Shown here piece after piece: positions 15,001-30,505 of a DNA stretch of 64,000 nt. A program made the translations under genes and the position numbers. The DNA is from Eledone cirrhosa (Eukaryota). A model generated the notes under the pieces. That model searched no databases. It saw only the letters and a list, made by a program, of their open reading frames with translations, and was not told where the DNA came from. Numbering within the stretch: position 1 is the first letter of the stretch; each line of letters starts with the position of its first letter. The stretch is from contig OZ024743.1 of assembly GCA_964016885.1 (NCBI GenBank), positions 277,078,001-277,142,000 of the forward strand. Reading direction: 5' to 3'.

Positions 15001-18000
15001 ATTACTGGTGTCTGATACTGCGGAAAATTAAGATTACTGGTGTCTGATACTGGGGAAAATTAAGATTACTGGTGTCTGATACTGGATAAAATTAAGTTTA
15101 CTGGTGTCTGATACTGGATAAAATTAAGATTACTGGTGTCTGATACTGGATAAAATTAAGATAACTGGTGTCTGATACTGGGGAAAATTATGATTACTGG
15201 TGTCTGATACTGGGGAAAATTATGATTACTGGTGTCTGATACTGGGGAAAATTAAGATTACTGGTGTCTGATACTGGATAAAATTAAGATTACTGGTGTC
15301 TGATACTGCGGAAAATTAAGATTACTGGTGTCTGATACTGGGGAAAATTAAGATTACTGGTGTCTGATGCTGGGGAAATCAAAGATTACTGGTGTCTGAT
15401 ACTGGATAAAATTATGATTACCGGTGTCTGATACTGTGGAAAATTAAGATTACTGGTGTCTGATACTGGGGAAAATTAAGATTACTGGTGTCTGATACTG
15501 GGGAAAATTAAGATTACTGGTGTCTGATACTGGATAAAATTAAGATTACTGGTGTCTGATACTGGATAAAATTAAGATTACTGGTGTGTGATACTGGGGA
15601 AAATTAATATTACTGGTGTCTGATACTGGATAAAATTAAGATTACTGGTGTGTGATACTGGGGAAAATTAATATTACTGGTGTCTGATACTGGATAAAAT
15701 TAAGATTACTGGTGTCTGATACTGGATAAAATTATGATTACTGGTGTCTGATACTGGATAAAATTAAGATTACTGGTGTCTGATACTGGATAAAATTAAG
15801 ATTACTGGTGTCTGATACTGCATAAAATTAAGATTACTGCTGTCTGAAACTGGGGAAAATTAAGATTACTGGTGTCTGATACTGGTTAAAATTTAGATTA
15901 CTGGTGTCTGATACTGGGGAAAACTAAGATTAATGGTGTCTGATACTGGGGAAAATTAAGATTACTGGTGTCTGAAACTGGATAAAATTAAGAATACTGG
16001 TGTCTGATACTGGATAAAATTAAGATTACTGGTGTCTAATACTGGGGAAAACTAAGATTAATGGTGTCTGATACTGGGGAAAATTAAGATTACTGGTGTC
16101 TGATACTGGGGAAAATTAAGATTACTGGTGTCTGATACTGGATAAAATTAAGATTACTGGTGTCTAATACTGGGGAAAACTAAGATTAATGGTGTCTGAT
16201 ACTGGGGAAAATTAAGATTACTGGTGTCTGAAACTGGATAAAATTAAGAATACTGGTGTCTGATACTGGATAAAATTAAGATAACTGGTGTCTGATACTG
16301 GGGAAAATTATGATTACTGGTGTCTGATACTGGGGAAAATTAAGATTACTGGTGTCTGATACTGGATAAAATTAAGATTACTGGTATCTGATACTGCGGA
16401 AAATTAAGATTACAGGTGTCTGATACTGGGGAAAATTAAGATTACTGGTGTCTGATGCTGGGGAAATCAAAGATTACTGGTGTCTGATACTGGATAAAAT
16501 TATGATTACTGGTGTCTGATACTGTGGAAAATTAAGATTACTGGTGTCTGATACTGGATAAAATTATGATTACCGGTGTCTGATACTGTGGAAAATTAAG
16601 ATTACTGGTGTCTGATACTGGGGAAAATTAAGATTACTGGTGTCTGATGCTGGGGAAATCAAAGATTACTGGTGTCTGATACTGCATAAAATTATGATTA
16701 CTGGTGTCTGATACTGTGGAAAATTAAGATTACTGGTGTCTGATACTGGATAAAATTATGATGACCGGTGTCTGATACTGTGGAAAATTAAGATTACTGG
16801 TGTCTGATACTGGGGAAAATTAAGATTACTGGTGTCTGATGCTGGGGAAATCAAAGATTACTGGTGTCTGATACTGGATAAAATTATGATTACTGGTGTC
16901 TGATACTGTGGAAAATAAAGATTACTGGTGTCTGATACTGGATAAAATTAATATTACTGGTGTCTGATACTGTGGAAAATTAAGATTACTGGTGTCTGAT
17001 ACTGGATAAAATTAAGATTACTGGTGTCTGATACTGTGGAAAATTATGATTACTGGTGTCTGATACTGTGGAAAATTAAGATTACTGGTGTCTGATACTG
17101 GATAAAATTAAGATTACTGGTGTCTGATACTGTGGAAAATAAAGATTACTGGTGTCTGATACTGGATAAAATTAAGATTACTGGTGTCTGATACTGTGGA
17201 AAATTATGATTACTGGTGTCTGATACTGTGGAAAATTAAGATTACTGGTGTCTGATACTGGATAAAATTAAGATTACTGGTGTTTGATACTGGATAAAAT
17301 TATGATTACTGGTGTCTGATACTGGGGAAAATTAAGATTACTGGTGTCTGATGCTGGGGAAATCAAAGATTACTGGTGTCTGATACTGGATAAAATTAAG
17401 ATTACTGGTGTGTGATACTTTTGAAAATTAAGATTACTGGTGTCTGATACTGGATAAAATTAAGATTACTGGTGTGTGATACTGGGGAAAATTAAGATTA
17501 CTGGTGTCTGATACTGGTTAAAATTTAGATTACCGGTGTCTGAGACTGGGGAAATCAAAGATTAGTGGTGTCTGATCATGAATAAAATTAAGATTACTGG
17601 TGTGTGATACTGGGGAAAATTAAGGTTACTGGTGTCTGATACTGGATAAAATTAAGATTACTGGTGTCTGATACTGGACAAAATTAAGATCACTGGTGTC
17701 TGAAACTGAGGAAAATTAAGATTACTGGTGTCTGATACAGGTTAAAATTTAGATTACTGGTGGCTGATACTGGAGAAGTCAAAGATTACTGGTGTCTGAT
17801 ACTGCATAAAATTAAGATTACTGGTGTCTGATACTGGATGAAATTAAGATTACTGGTGTCTGATACTGGATAAAATTAATATTACTGGTGTCTGATACTG
17901 GATAAAATTAAGATTATTGGTGTGTGATACTGGGGAAAATTAACATTACTGGTGTCTGATACTGGATAAAATTAACATTACTGGTGTCTGATACTGGATA

Positions 18001-21000
18001 AAATTAAGATTACTGGTGTCTGATACTGCGGAAAATTAAGATTACTGGTGTCTGATACTGGGGAAAATTAACATTACTGGTGTCTGATACTGGATAAAAT
18101 TAACATTACTGGTGTCTGATACTGGATAAAATTAAGATTACTGGTGTCTGATACTGCGGAAAATTAAGATTACTGGTGTCTGATACTGGGGAAAATTAAG
18201 ATTACTGGTGTCTGATACTGGGGAAAATTAAGATTACTGGTGTCTGATGCTGGGGAAATCAAAGATTACTGGTGTCTGATACTGGATAAAATTATGATTT
18301 AAACTGGTGTCTGATACTGTGGAAAATTAAGATTACTGGTGCCTGATACTGGGGAAAATTAAGATTACTGGTATCTGATACTGGATAAAATTAAGATTAC
18401 TGGTGTCTGATACTGGATAATATTAAAAATTATTGGTGTCTGATACTGGATAAAACTAACATTACTGGTGTCTGATACTGGGGAAAATTAACATTACTGG
18501 TGTCTGATACTGGATAAAACTAACATTACTGGTGTCTGATACTGGATAAAACTAACATTACTGGTGTCTGATACTGGGGAAAATTAACATTACTGGTGTC
18601 TGATACTGGGGAAAATTAAGATTACTGGTGTCTGATACTGGATAAAATTAAGATTACTGGTGTCTGATACTGGATAAAATTAAGATTACTGGTGTGTGAT
18701 ACCGGGGAAAATTAAGATTACTGGGGTCTGATAATGCATAAAATTAAGATTACTGGTGTCTGATACTGGATAAAATTAACATTACTGGTGTCTGATACTG
18801 GATAAAATTAAGATTACTGGTGTGTGATACTGGGGAAAATTAAGATTACTGGTGTATGATACTGGATAAAATTAAGATTACTGGTGTCTGATACTGGATA
18901 AAATTAAGATTATTGGTGTATGATACTGGATAAAATTAAGATTACTGGTGTCTGATACTGGATAAAATTAAGATTATTGGTGTATGATACTGGATAAAAT
19001 TAAGATTACTGGTGTCTTATACTGGATAAAATTAATATTACTGGTGTCTGATACTGGATAAAATTAAGATTACTGGTGTCTGATACTGGATAAAATTAAC
19101 ATTACTGGTGTCTGATACTGGATAAAATTAAGATTACTGGTATCTGATACTGGGGAAAATTAAGATTACTGGTGTCTGATACTGGATAAAATTAAGATTA
19201 CTGGTGTCTGATACTGGATAATATTAACATTACTGGTGTCTGATACTGGATAAAACTAACATTACTGGTGTCTGATACTGGGGAAAATTAACATTACTGG
19301 TGTCTAATACTGGGGAAAACTAAGATCACTGCTGTCTAAAACTGGGGAAAATTAAGATTACTGGTGTCTGATACTGCTTAAAATTTAGATTACTGGTGTC
19401 TGATACTGCGGAAAATTAAGATTACTGGTGTCTGATACTGGGGAAAATTAAGATTACTGGTGTCTGATACTGGACAAAATTAAGATTACTGCTGTCTAAA
19501 ACTGGGGAAAATTAAGATTACTGGTGTCTGATACTGCTTAAAATTTAGATTACTGGTGTCTGATACTGCGGAAAATTAAGATTACTGGTGTCTGATACTG
19601 GGGAAAATTAAGATTACTGGTGTCTGATACTGGGGAAAATTAAGATTACTGGTGTCTGATGCTGGGGAAATGAAAGATTACTGGTGTCTGATACTGGATA
19701 AAATTATGATTACTGGTGTCTGATACTGTGGAAAATTAAGATTACTGGTGCCTGATACTGGGGAAAATTAAGATTACTGGTATCTGATACTGGATAAAAT
19801 TAAGATTACTGGTGTCTGATACTGGATAATATTAACATTACTGGTGTCTGATACTGGATAAAACTAACATTACTGGTGTCTGATACTGGATAAAATTAAG
19901 ATTACTGGTGTGTGATACTGGGGAAAATTAAGATTACTGGGGTCTGATAATGCATAAAATTAAGATTACTGGTGTCTGATACTGGATAAAATTAACATTA
20001 CTGGTGTCTGATACTGGATAAAATTAACATTACTGGTGTCTGATACTGGATAAAATTAAGATTACTGGTGTGTGATACTGGGGAAAATTAAGATTACTGG
20101 TGTCTGATACTGGATAAAATTAAGATAACTGGTGTCTGATACTGGATAAAATTAAGATTACTGGTGTCTGATACTGGGGAAAATTAAGATTACTGGTGTC
20201 TGATACTGGATAAAATTAAGATTACTGGTGTCTGATACTGGATAAAATTAATATTACTGGTGTCTGATACTGGATAAAATTAAGATTATTGGTGTCTGAT
20301 ACTGGGAAAAATTAAGATTACTGGTGTCTGATACTGGATAAAATTAAGATTATTGGTGTCTGATACTGGGAAAAATTAAGATTACTGGTGTCTGATACTA
20401 GGGAAAATTAAGATTACTAGTGTCTGATACTGGGAAAAATTAAGATTACTGGTGTCTGATACTGGCTAAAATTAACATTACTGGTGTCTGATACTGGATA
20501 AACTAACATTACTGGTGTCTGATACTGGATAAAACTAACATTACTGGTGTCTGATACTGGGGAAAATTACCATTACTGGTTTCTGATAGTGGATAAAACA
20601 AACATTACTGGTGTCTGATACTGCATAAAATTAAGATTACTGGTGTCTGATACTGGATAAAATTAAGATTACTGGTGTCTGATACTGATTATAATTAAGA
20701 TTACTGGTGTCTGATACTGGATAAAATTAAGATTACTGGTGTGTGATACTGGGGAAAATTAAGATTACTGGTGTCTGATACTGGATAAAATTAAGATTAC
20801 TGGTGTCTGATACTGGACAAAATTAAGATTACTGCTGTCTAAAACTGGGGAAAATTAAGATTACTGGTGTCTGATACTGCTTAAAATTTAGATTACTGGT
20901 GTCTGATACTGCGGAAAATTAAGATTACTGGTGTCTGATACTGGGGAAAATTAAGATTACTGGTGTCTGATTCTGGATAAAATTAAGATTACTGGTGTCT

Positions 21001-24000
21001 AATACTGGGGAAAACTAAGATTAATGGTGTCTGATACTGGATAAAATTAAGATTACTGGTGTCTGATACTGGATAAAATTAAGATAACTGGTGTCTGATA
21101 CTGGGGAAAATTATGATTACTGGTGTGTGAAACTAGGGAAAATTAAGATTACTGGTGTCTGATACTGGGAAAAATTAAGATTACTGGTGTCTGATACTGG
21201 ATAAAATTAACATTACTGGTGTCTGATACTGGGGAAAATTACCATTACTGGTGTCTGATACTGGATAAAACAAACATTACTGGTGTCTGATACTGCATAA
21301 AATTAAGATTACTGGTGTCTGATACTGGATAAAATTAACATTACTGGTGTCTGATACTGAATATAATTAAGATTACTGGTGTCTGATACTGGATAAAATT
21401 AAGATTACTGGTGTGTGATACTGGGGAAAATTAAGATTACTGGTGTCTGATACTGGATAAAATTAAGATTACTGGTGTCTGATACTGGATAAAATTAACA
21501 TTACTGGTGTCTGATACTGGATAAAATTATGATTACTGGTGTCTGATACTGTGGAAAATTAAGATTACTGGTGTCTGATACTGGATAAAATTATGATTAC
21601 CGGTGTCTGATACTGTGGAAAATTAAGATTACTGGTGTCTGATACTGGCGAAAATTAAGATTACCGGTGTCTGATGCTGGGGAAATCAAAGATTACTGGT
21701 GTCTGATACTGGATAAAATTATGATTACTGGTGTCTGATACTGTGGAAAATTAAGATTACTGGTGTCTGATACTGGATAAAATTAAGATTACTGGTGTCT
21801 GATACTGTGGAAAATTAAGATTACTGGTGTCTGATACTGTGGAAAATTAAGATTACTGGTGTCTGATACTGGGGAATATTAAGATTACTGGTGTCTGATG
21901 CTGGGGAAATCAAATATTACTGGTGTCTGAAACTGGATAAAATTATGATTACTGGTGTCTGATACTGTGGAAAATTAAGATTACTGGTGTCTGATACTGG
22001 ATAAAATTATGATGACCGGTGTCTGATACTGTGGAAAATTAAGATTACTGGTGTCTGATACTGGGGAAAATTAGATTACTGGTGTCTGATGCTGGGGAAA
22101 TCAAAGATTACTGGTGTCTGATACTGGATAAAATTATGATTACTGGTGTCTGATACTGTGGAAAATAAATATTACTGGTGTCTGATACTGGATAAAATTA
22201 AGATTACTGGTGTCTGATACTGTGGAAAATTAAGATTACTGGTGTCTGATACTGTGGAAAATTAAGATTACTGGTGTCTGATACTGGGGAAAATTAAGAT
22301 TACTGGTGTCTGATGCTGGGGAAATCAAAGATTACTGGTGTCTGATACTGGATAAAATTAAGATTACTGGTGTCTGATACTGTGGAAAATTAAGATTACT
22401 GGTGTCTGATACTGTGGAAAATTAAGATTACTGGTGTCTGATACTGGATAAAATTAAGATTACTGGTGTTTGATACTGGATAAAATTATGATTACTGGTG
22501 TCTGATACTGGGGAAAATTAAGATTACTCGTGTCTGATGCTGGGGAAATCAAAGATTACTGGTGTCTGATACTGCATAAAATTAAGATTACTGGTGTCTG
22601 ATACTGGATAAAATTAAGATTACTGGTGTCTGATACTGGATAAAATTAATATTACTGGTGTCTGATACTGGATAAAATTAAGATTATTGGTGTGTGATAC
22701 TAGGGAAAATTAAGATTACTGGTGTCTGATACTGGGGAAAATTAAGATTACTGGTGTCTGATACTGGATAAAATTAACATTACTGGTGTCTGATACTCGA
22801 TAAAACTAATATTACTGGTGTCTGATACTGGATAAAATTATGATTACTGGTGTGTGATACTGGGGAAAATTAAGATTACTGGTGTCTGATACTAGGGAAA
22901 ATTAAGATTACTGGTGTCTGATGCTGGGGAAATCAAAGATTACTGGTGTCTGATACTGGATAAAATTATGATTACTGGTGTCTGATACTGTGGAAAATTA
23001 AGATTACTGGTGCCTGATACTGGGGAAAATTAAGATTACTGGTATCTGATACTGGATAAAATTAAGATTACTGGTGTCTGATACTGGATAATATTAACAT
23101 TACTGGTGTCTGATACTGGATAAAACTAACATTACTGGTGTCTGATACTGGGGAAAATTAACATTACTGGTGTCTGATACTGGATAAAACTAACATTACT
23201 GGTGTCTGATACTGGATAAAATTAAGATTACTGGTGTGTGATTCTGGGGAAAATTAAGATTACTGGTGTCTGATACTGGATAAAATTAAGATTACTGGTG
23301 TCTGATACTGGATAAAATTAAGATTACTGGTGTCTGATACTGGATAAAATTATGATTACTGGTGTGTGATACGGGGGAAAATTAAGAATACTGGTGTCTG
23401 ATACTGGTTAAAATTTAGATTACTGGTGTCTGATACAGCGGAAAATTAAGATTACTGGTGTCTGATACTGGGGAAAATTAAGATTACTGGTGTCTAATAC
23501 TGGGGAAAACTAAGATTACTGGTGTCTGATACTGGATAAAAATTAAAATTACTGGTGTCTGATACTGGATAAAATTAAGATAACTGGTGTCTGATACTGG
23601 GGAAAATTATGATTACTGGTGTCTGATATTGGGGCAAATTAAGATTACTGCTGTCTGAAACTGGGGAAAATTAAGATTACTGGTGTCTGATACTGGTTAA
23701 AATTTAGATTACTGGTGTCTGATACTGCGGAAAATTAAGATTACTGGTGTCTGATACTGGGGAAAACTAAGATTACTGGTGTCTGATACTGGATAAAATT
23801 AAGATTACTGGTGTCTGATACTGGATAAAATTAAGATAACTGGTGTCTGATACTGGATAAAATTAAGATTACTGGTGTCTGATACTGGGGAAAATTAAGA
23901 TTACTGGTGTCTGATGCTGGGGAAAATTAAGATTACTGGTGTCTGATGCTGGAGAAATCAAAGATTACTGGTGTCTGATACTGGATAAAATTATGATTAC

Positions 24001-27000
24001 CGGTGTCTGATACTGTGGAAAATTAAGATTACTCTTGTCTGATACTGTGGAAAATTAAGATTACTGGTGTCTGATACTGGATAAAATTAAGATTACTGGT
24101 GTCTGATACTGGATAAAATTAAGATTACTGGTGTCTGATACTGGATAAAATTATGATTACTGGTGTGTGATACTGGGGAAAATTAAGATTACTGGTGTCT
24201 GATACTGGATAAAATTAAGATTACTGGTGTCTGATACTGGATAAAATTAACATTACTGGTGTCTGATACTGGATAAAACTAACATTACTGGTGTCTGATA
24301 CTGGATAAAATTAACATTACTGGTGTCTGATACTGGATAAAACTAACATTACTGGTGTCTGATACTGGATAAAATTAACATTACTGGTGTCTGATACTGG
24401 ATAAAATTAAGATTACTGGTGTCTGATACTGGATAAAACTAACATTACTGGTGTCTGATACTGGATAAAATTAAGATTACTGGTGTCTGATACTGGATAA
24501 AATTATGATTACTGGTATGTGATACTGGGGAAAATTAAGATTACTGGTGTCTGATACAGGATAAAATTAATATTACTGGTGTCTGATACTGGATAAAATT
24601 AAGATTACTGGTGTCTGATACTGGATAAAATTAAGATTACTGGTGTCTGATACTGGATAAAATTAAGATTACTGGTGTCTGATACTGGATAAAATTATGA
24701 TTACTGGTGTCTGATACTGGATAAAATTATGATTACTGGTGTGTGATACTGGGGAAAATTAAGATTACTGGTGTCTGATACTGGATAAAATTAAGATTAC
24801 TGGTGTCTGATACTGGATAAAATTATGATTACTGGTGTCTGATACTGGATAAAATTAAGATTACTGGTGTCTGATACTGGATAAAATTAAGATTACTGGT
24901 GTCTGATACTGGATAAAATTAAGATTACTGGTGTCTGATACTGGATAAAATTATGATTACTGGTGTCTGATACTGGATAAAATTAAGATTACTGGTGTCT
25001 GATACTGGATAAAATTAAGATTACTGGTGTCTGATACTGGATAAAATTAAGATTACTGGTGTCTGATACTGGATAAAATTATGATTACTGGTGTGTGATA
25101 CTGGGGAAAATTAAGATTACTGGTGTCTGATACTGGGGAAAATTAAGATTACTGGTGTCTGATACTGGATAAAATTAAGATTACTGGTGTCTGATACTGG
25201 ATAAAATTAAGATTACTGGTGTCTGATACTGGATAAAATTATGATTACTGGTGTGTGATACTGGGGAAGATTAAGATTACTGCTGTCTGAAACTGGGTAA
25301 AATTAAGATTACTGGTGTCTGATACTGGTTAAAACTTAGATTACTGGTGTCTGATGCTGGGGAAATCAAAGATTACTGGTGTCTGATACTGGATAAAATT
25401 ATGATTACTGGTGTCTGATACTGGATAAAATTATGATTACTGGTGTCTGATACTGGATAAAATTAAGATTACTGGTGTCTGATACTGGATAAAATTAACA
25501 TTACTGGTGTCTGATACTGGATAAAACTAACATTACTGGTGTCTGATACTGGATAAAACTAACATTACTGGTGTCTGATACTGGATAAAACTAATATTAC
25601 TGGTGTCTGATACTGGATAAAACTAACGTTACTGGTGTCTGATACTGCATAAAATTAAGATTACTGGTGTCTGATACTGGATAAAATTAAGATTACTGGT
25701 GTCTGATACTGGATAAAATTAAGATTACTGGTGTCTGATACTGTTTAAAATTAAGATTACTGGTGTCTGATACTGGGGAAAATTAAGATTACTTGTGTCT
25801 GATACTGGATAAAATTAAGATTACTGGTGTCTGATACTGGATAATATTAAGATTACTGGTGTCTGATACTGGATAAAATTAAGATTACTGGTGTCTGATA
25901 CTGGGGAAAATTAAGATTACTGGTGTCTGATACTGGATAAAATTAAGATTACTGGTGTCTGATACTGGGGAAAATTAAGATTACTGGTGTCTGATACTGG
26001 ATAAAATTAAGATTACTGGTGTCTGATACTGGATAAAATTAAGATTACTGGTGTCTGATACTGGATAAAATTAAGATTACTGGTGTGTGATTCTGGGGAA
26101 AATTAAGATTACTGGTGTCTGATACTGGATAAAATTAAGATTACTGGTGTCTGATACTGGATAAAATTAAGATTACTGGTGTCTGATACTGGATAAAATT
26201 ATGATTACTGGTGTGTGATACGGGGGAAAATTAAGAATACTGGTGTCTGATACTGGTTAAAATTTAGATTACTGGTGTCTGATACAGCGGAAAATTAAGA
26301 TTACTGGTGTCTGATACTGGGGAAAATTAAGATTACTGGTGTCTAATACTGGGGAAAACTAAGATTACTGGTGTCTGATACTGGATAAAATTAAGATTAC
26401 TGGTGTCTGATACTGGATAAAATTATGATTACTGGTGTGTGATACGGGGGAAAATTAAGAATACTGGTGTCTGATACTGGTTAAAATTTAGATTACTGGT
26501 GTCTGATACTGCGGAAAATTAAGATTACTGGTGTCTGATACTGGGGAAAATTAAGATTACTGGTGTCTAATACTGGGGAAAACTAAGATTACTGGTGTCT
26601 GATACTGGATAAAATTAAGATTACTGGTGTCTGATACTGGATAAAATTAAGATAACTGGTGTCTGATACTGGGGAAAATTATGATTACTGGTGTCTGATA
26701 CTGGGGAAAATTAAGATTACTGGTGTCTGATACTGGATAAAATTAAGATTACTGGTGTCTGATACTGGGGAAAATTAAGATTACTGGTGTCTGATGCTGG
26801 GGAAAATTAAGATTACTGGTGTCTGATGCTGGGGAAATCAAAGATTACTGGTGTCTGATACTGGATAACATTATGATTACCGGTGTCTGATACTGTGGAA
26901 AATTAAGATTACTGGTGTCTGATACTGGGGAAAATTAAGATTACTGGTGTCTGATGCTGGGGATATCAAAGATTACTGGTGTCTGATACTGGATAAAATT

Positions 27001-29437
27001 ATGATTACTGGTGTCTGATACTGTGGAAAATTAAGATTACTGGTGTCTGATACTGTGGAAAATTAAGATTACTGGTGTCTGATACGGGATAAAATTAAGA
27101 TTACTGGTGTCTGATACTGGATAAAATTATGATTACTGGTGTGTGATACTGGGGAAAATTAAGATTACTGGTGTCTGATACTGGATAAAATTAAGATTAC
27201 TGGTGTCTGATACTGGATAAAATTATGATTACTGGTGTCTGATACTGGGGAAAATTAAGATTACTGGTGTCTGATACTGGATAAAATTAAGATTACTGGT
27301 GTCTGATACTGGGGAAAATTAAGATTACTGCTGTCTGAAACGGGGGAAAATTAAGATTACTGGTGTCTGATACTGGATAAAACTTAGATTACTGGTGTCT
27401 GATGCTGGGGAAATCAAAGATTACTGGTGTCTGATACTGGATAAAATTATGATTACTGGTGTCTGATACTGGATAAAATTATGATTACTGGTGTCTGATA
27501 CTGGATAAAATTAAGATTACTGGTGTCTGATACTGGATAAAATTAACATTACTGGTGTCTGATACTGGATAAAACTAACATTACTGGTGTCTGATACTGG
27601 ATAAAACTAACATTACTGGTGTCTGATACTGGATAAAACTAACATTACTGGTGTCTGATACTGGATAAAACTAACATTACTGGTGTCTGATACTGGGGAA
27701 AATTAACATTACTGGTGTCTGATACTGGATAAAACTAACATTACTGGTGTCTGATACTGCATAAAATTAAGATTACTGGTGTCTGATACTGGATAAAATT
27801 AAGATTACTGGTGTCTGATACTGGATAAAATTAAGATTACTGGTGTCTGATACTGTTTAAAATTAAGATTACTGGTGTCTGATACTGGGGAAGATTAAGA
27901 ATACTGGTGTCTGATACTGGATAAAATTAAGATTACTGGTGTCTGATACTGGATAAAATTAAGATTACTGGTGTCTGATACTGGATAAAATTATGATTAC
28001 TGGTGTCTGATACTGGATAAAATTAAGATTACTGGTGTCTGATACTGGATAAAATTAACATTACTGGTGTCTGATACTGGATAAAATTAAGATTACTGGT
28101 GTCTGATACTGGGGAAAATTAAGATTACTGGTGTCTGATACTGGATAAAATTAAGATTACTGGTGTCTGATACTGGGGAAAATTAAGATTACTGCTGTCT
28201 GAAACGGGGGAAAATTAAGATTACTGGTGTCTGATACTGGATAAAACTTAGATTACTGGTGTCTGATGCTGGGGAAATCAAAGATTACTGGTGTCTGATA
28301 CTGGATAAAATTATGATTACTGGTGTCTGATACTGGATAAAATTATGATTACTGGTGTCTGATACTGGATAAAATTAAGATTACTGGTGTCTGATACTGG
28401 ATAAAATTAACATTACTGGTGTCTGATACTGGATAAAACTAACATTACTGGTGTCTGATACTGGATAAAACTAACATTACTGGTGTCTGATACTGGATAA
28501 AACTAACATTACTGGTGTCTGATACTGGATAAAATTATGATTACTGGTGTCTGATACTGGATAAAATTAACATTACTGGTGTCTGATACTGGATAAAATT
28601 AACATTACTGGTGTCTGATACTGGATAAAACTAACATTACTGGTGTCTGATACTGGATAAAACTAACATTACTGGTGTCTGATACTGGATAAAACTAACA
28701 TTACTGGTGTCTGATACTGGGGAAAATTAACATTACTGGTGTCTGATACTGGATAAAACTAACATTACTGGTGTCTGATACTGCATAAAATTAAGATTAC
28801 TGGTGTCTGATACTGGATAAAATTAAGATTACTGGTGTCTGATACTGGATAAAATTAAGATTACTGGTGTCTGATACTGTTTAAAATTAAGATTACTGGT
28901 GTCTGATACTGGGGAAGATTAAGAATACTGGTGTCTGATACTGGATAAAATTAAGATTACTGGTGTCTGATACTGGATAAAATTAAGATTACTGGTGTCT
29001 GATACTTGGGAAAATTAAGATTACTTGTGTCTGATACTGGATAAAATTAAGATTACTGGTGTCTGATACTGGATAAAATTAAGATTACTGGTGTCTGATA
29101 CTGGATAAAATTAAGATTACTGGTGTCTGATACTGGGGAAAATTAAGATTACTGGTGTCTGATACTGGATAAAATTAAGATTACTGGTGTCTGATACTGG
29201 GGAAAATTAAGATTACTGGTGTTTGATACTGGATAAAATTAAGATTACTGGTGTCTGATACTGGATAAAATTAAGATTACTGGTGTCTGATACTGGGGAA
29301 AATTAAGATTACTGGTGTCTGATACTGGATATAATTAACATTACTGGTGTCTGATACTGGGGAAAATTAACATTACTGGTGTCTGATACTGGGGAAAATT
29401 AAGATTACTGGTGTCTGATACTGGGGAAAATTAAGAT
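1..29437. repeat. Tandem satellite DNA, 32-bp monomer CTGGTGTCTGATACTG(GAT/GGG)AAAATTAAGATTA, about 920 copies, open at the left window edge
   Basis: TGTCTGAT recurs at 1, 33, 65 and so on. Position 18241 = 1+570x32 is still in phase. The array ends abruptly at ...GGGGAAAATTAAGAT 29437. The track shows no ORF in this 29 kb. Confidence 0.99.
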
Positions 29438-29439
29438 AA

Positions 29440-30335
29440 GAGTACATTTTACTTAGTGTTGACGTGTGTATATATTATCGTGGCACTGGGTGTGTTACAA
29501 ATGCTGTTGTATACGTGTAGTCATTTTATTGTTAGTGTTGTGATTTATTGGATACAAAGCTTTTCTGATTTGTCTATGCTATATATATATATACATATAT
29601 ATATATAAACGTGTGTGTATATGCATATGTATATATATATATGCGTGTGTACATCTGCGAGTGTTGATTGTTTATTATCTCCTTACGTATGTTTTTGATG
29701 CTGTTTTATATGGATTGTGTGTTATTTTGATGTATTGTGTTTGAGGTTGTCTCCAGTTTTTATGACGTTGGTTATTTCTGGTGTGTAACTGGGGGTTGTA
29801 TGTCTCATTTGCCTTGTAGTCTGGGTTTTCCTTTTTCCTTTTTTTTTAGATGCGTCTATAATTATGTTGTTAAATGTATGTTCGTGATTGTGTCGAATTC
29901 TGAAAACCTTATTCTGATCTTTTGTGAAGCTCATTTTATTTTAGTTTTTCTTGAAGTTTGTTAACGTATTTTTTACTTTCTTCATTGATGTGCGAGGGTG
30001 CTGTGATGATGACTTGTAGGCGGTCCGAAGAAAGTTATAGAATTGTTTGCGAAAGGTTTGTGGCAGCTAAGCGTTTGTAGCAGAAGGTGATGTCTACGGA
30101 ATTGTTGTTGTAGTTATTTGTGTGAGGTATGAGTTCGTGTTGGCGTGTATTGTTTAAGATGCAAAAGGAATTTAGAAGTAATGCTATTATGTCACCATGT
30201 TTGATATCTTTATTACTTGTAAATCAGAAGGTGCTGAATGAATTGACGCCTATCCCAGTGTTGGTGTTTGTGAAAATATTAGTGTTGTAGTAGGGGTGTG
30301 TGGCTTGGTGGAACAGTTGATAACGCCTGAGGTTG

Positions 30336-30336
<1 letters not shown>
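29440..30336 (-). mobile_element. Possible highly decayed Penelope-like element fragment abutting the satellite
   Basis: The minus strand is A/C-rich with broken coding-like stretches (ORF 29722-29934) and is bounded by (AT)n. No diagnostic motif is retained, so the assignment is tentative. Confidence 0.25.
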
Positions 30337-30383
<47 letters not shown>

Positions 30384-30454
30384 TGAAGTAAAAGTGAAGT
30401 GGAAATATCCAAGAGTAAGAACACTCAGTCCATAGGACGAGTTTAGTAGTATAA

Positions 30455-30502
<48 letters not shown>

Positions 30503-30505
<3 letters not shown>

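Noticed and set aside
1-29437. CRISPR-like array (32-bp repeat)
   Set aside because: There are no unique spacers, monomers are contiguous, no cas genes are present, and the context is eukaryotic.
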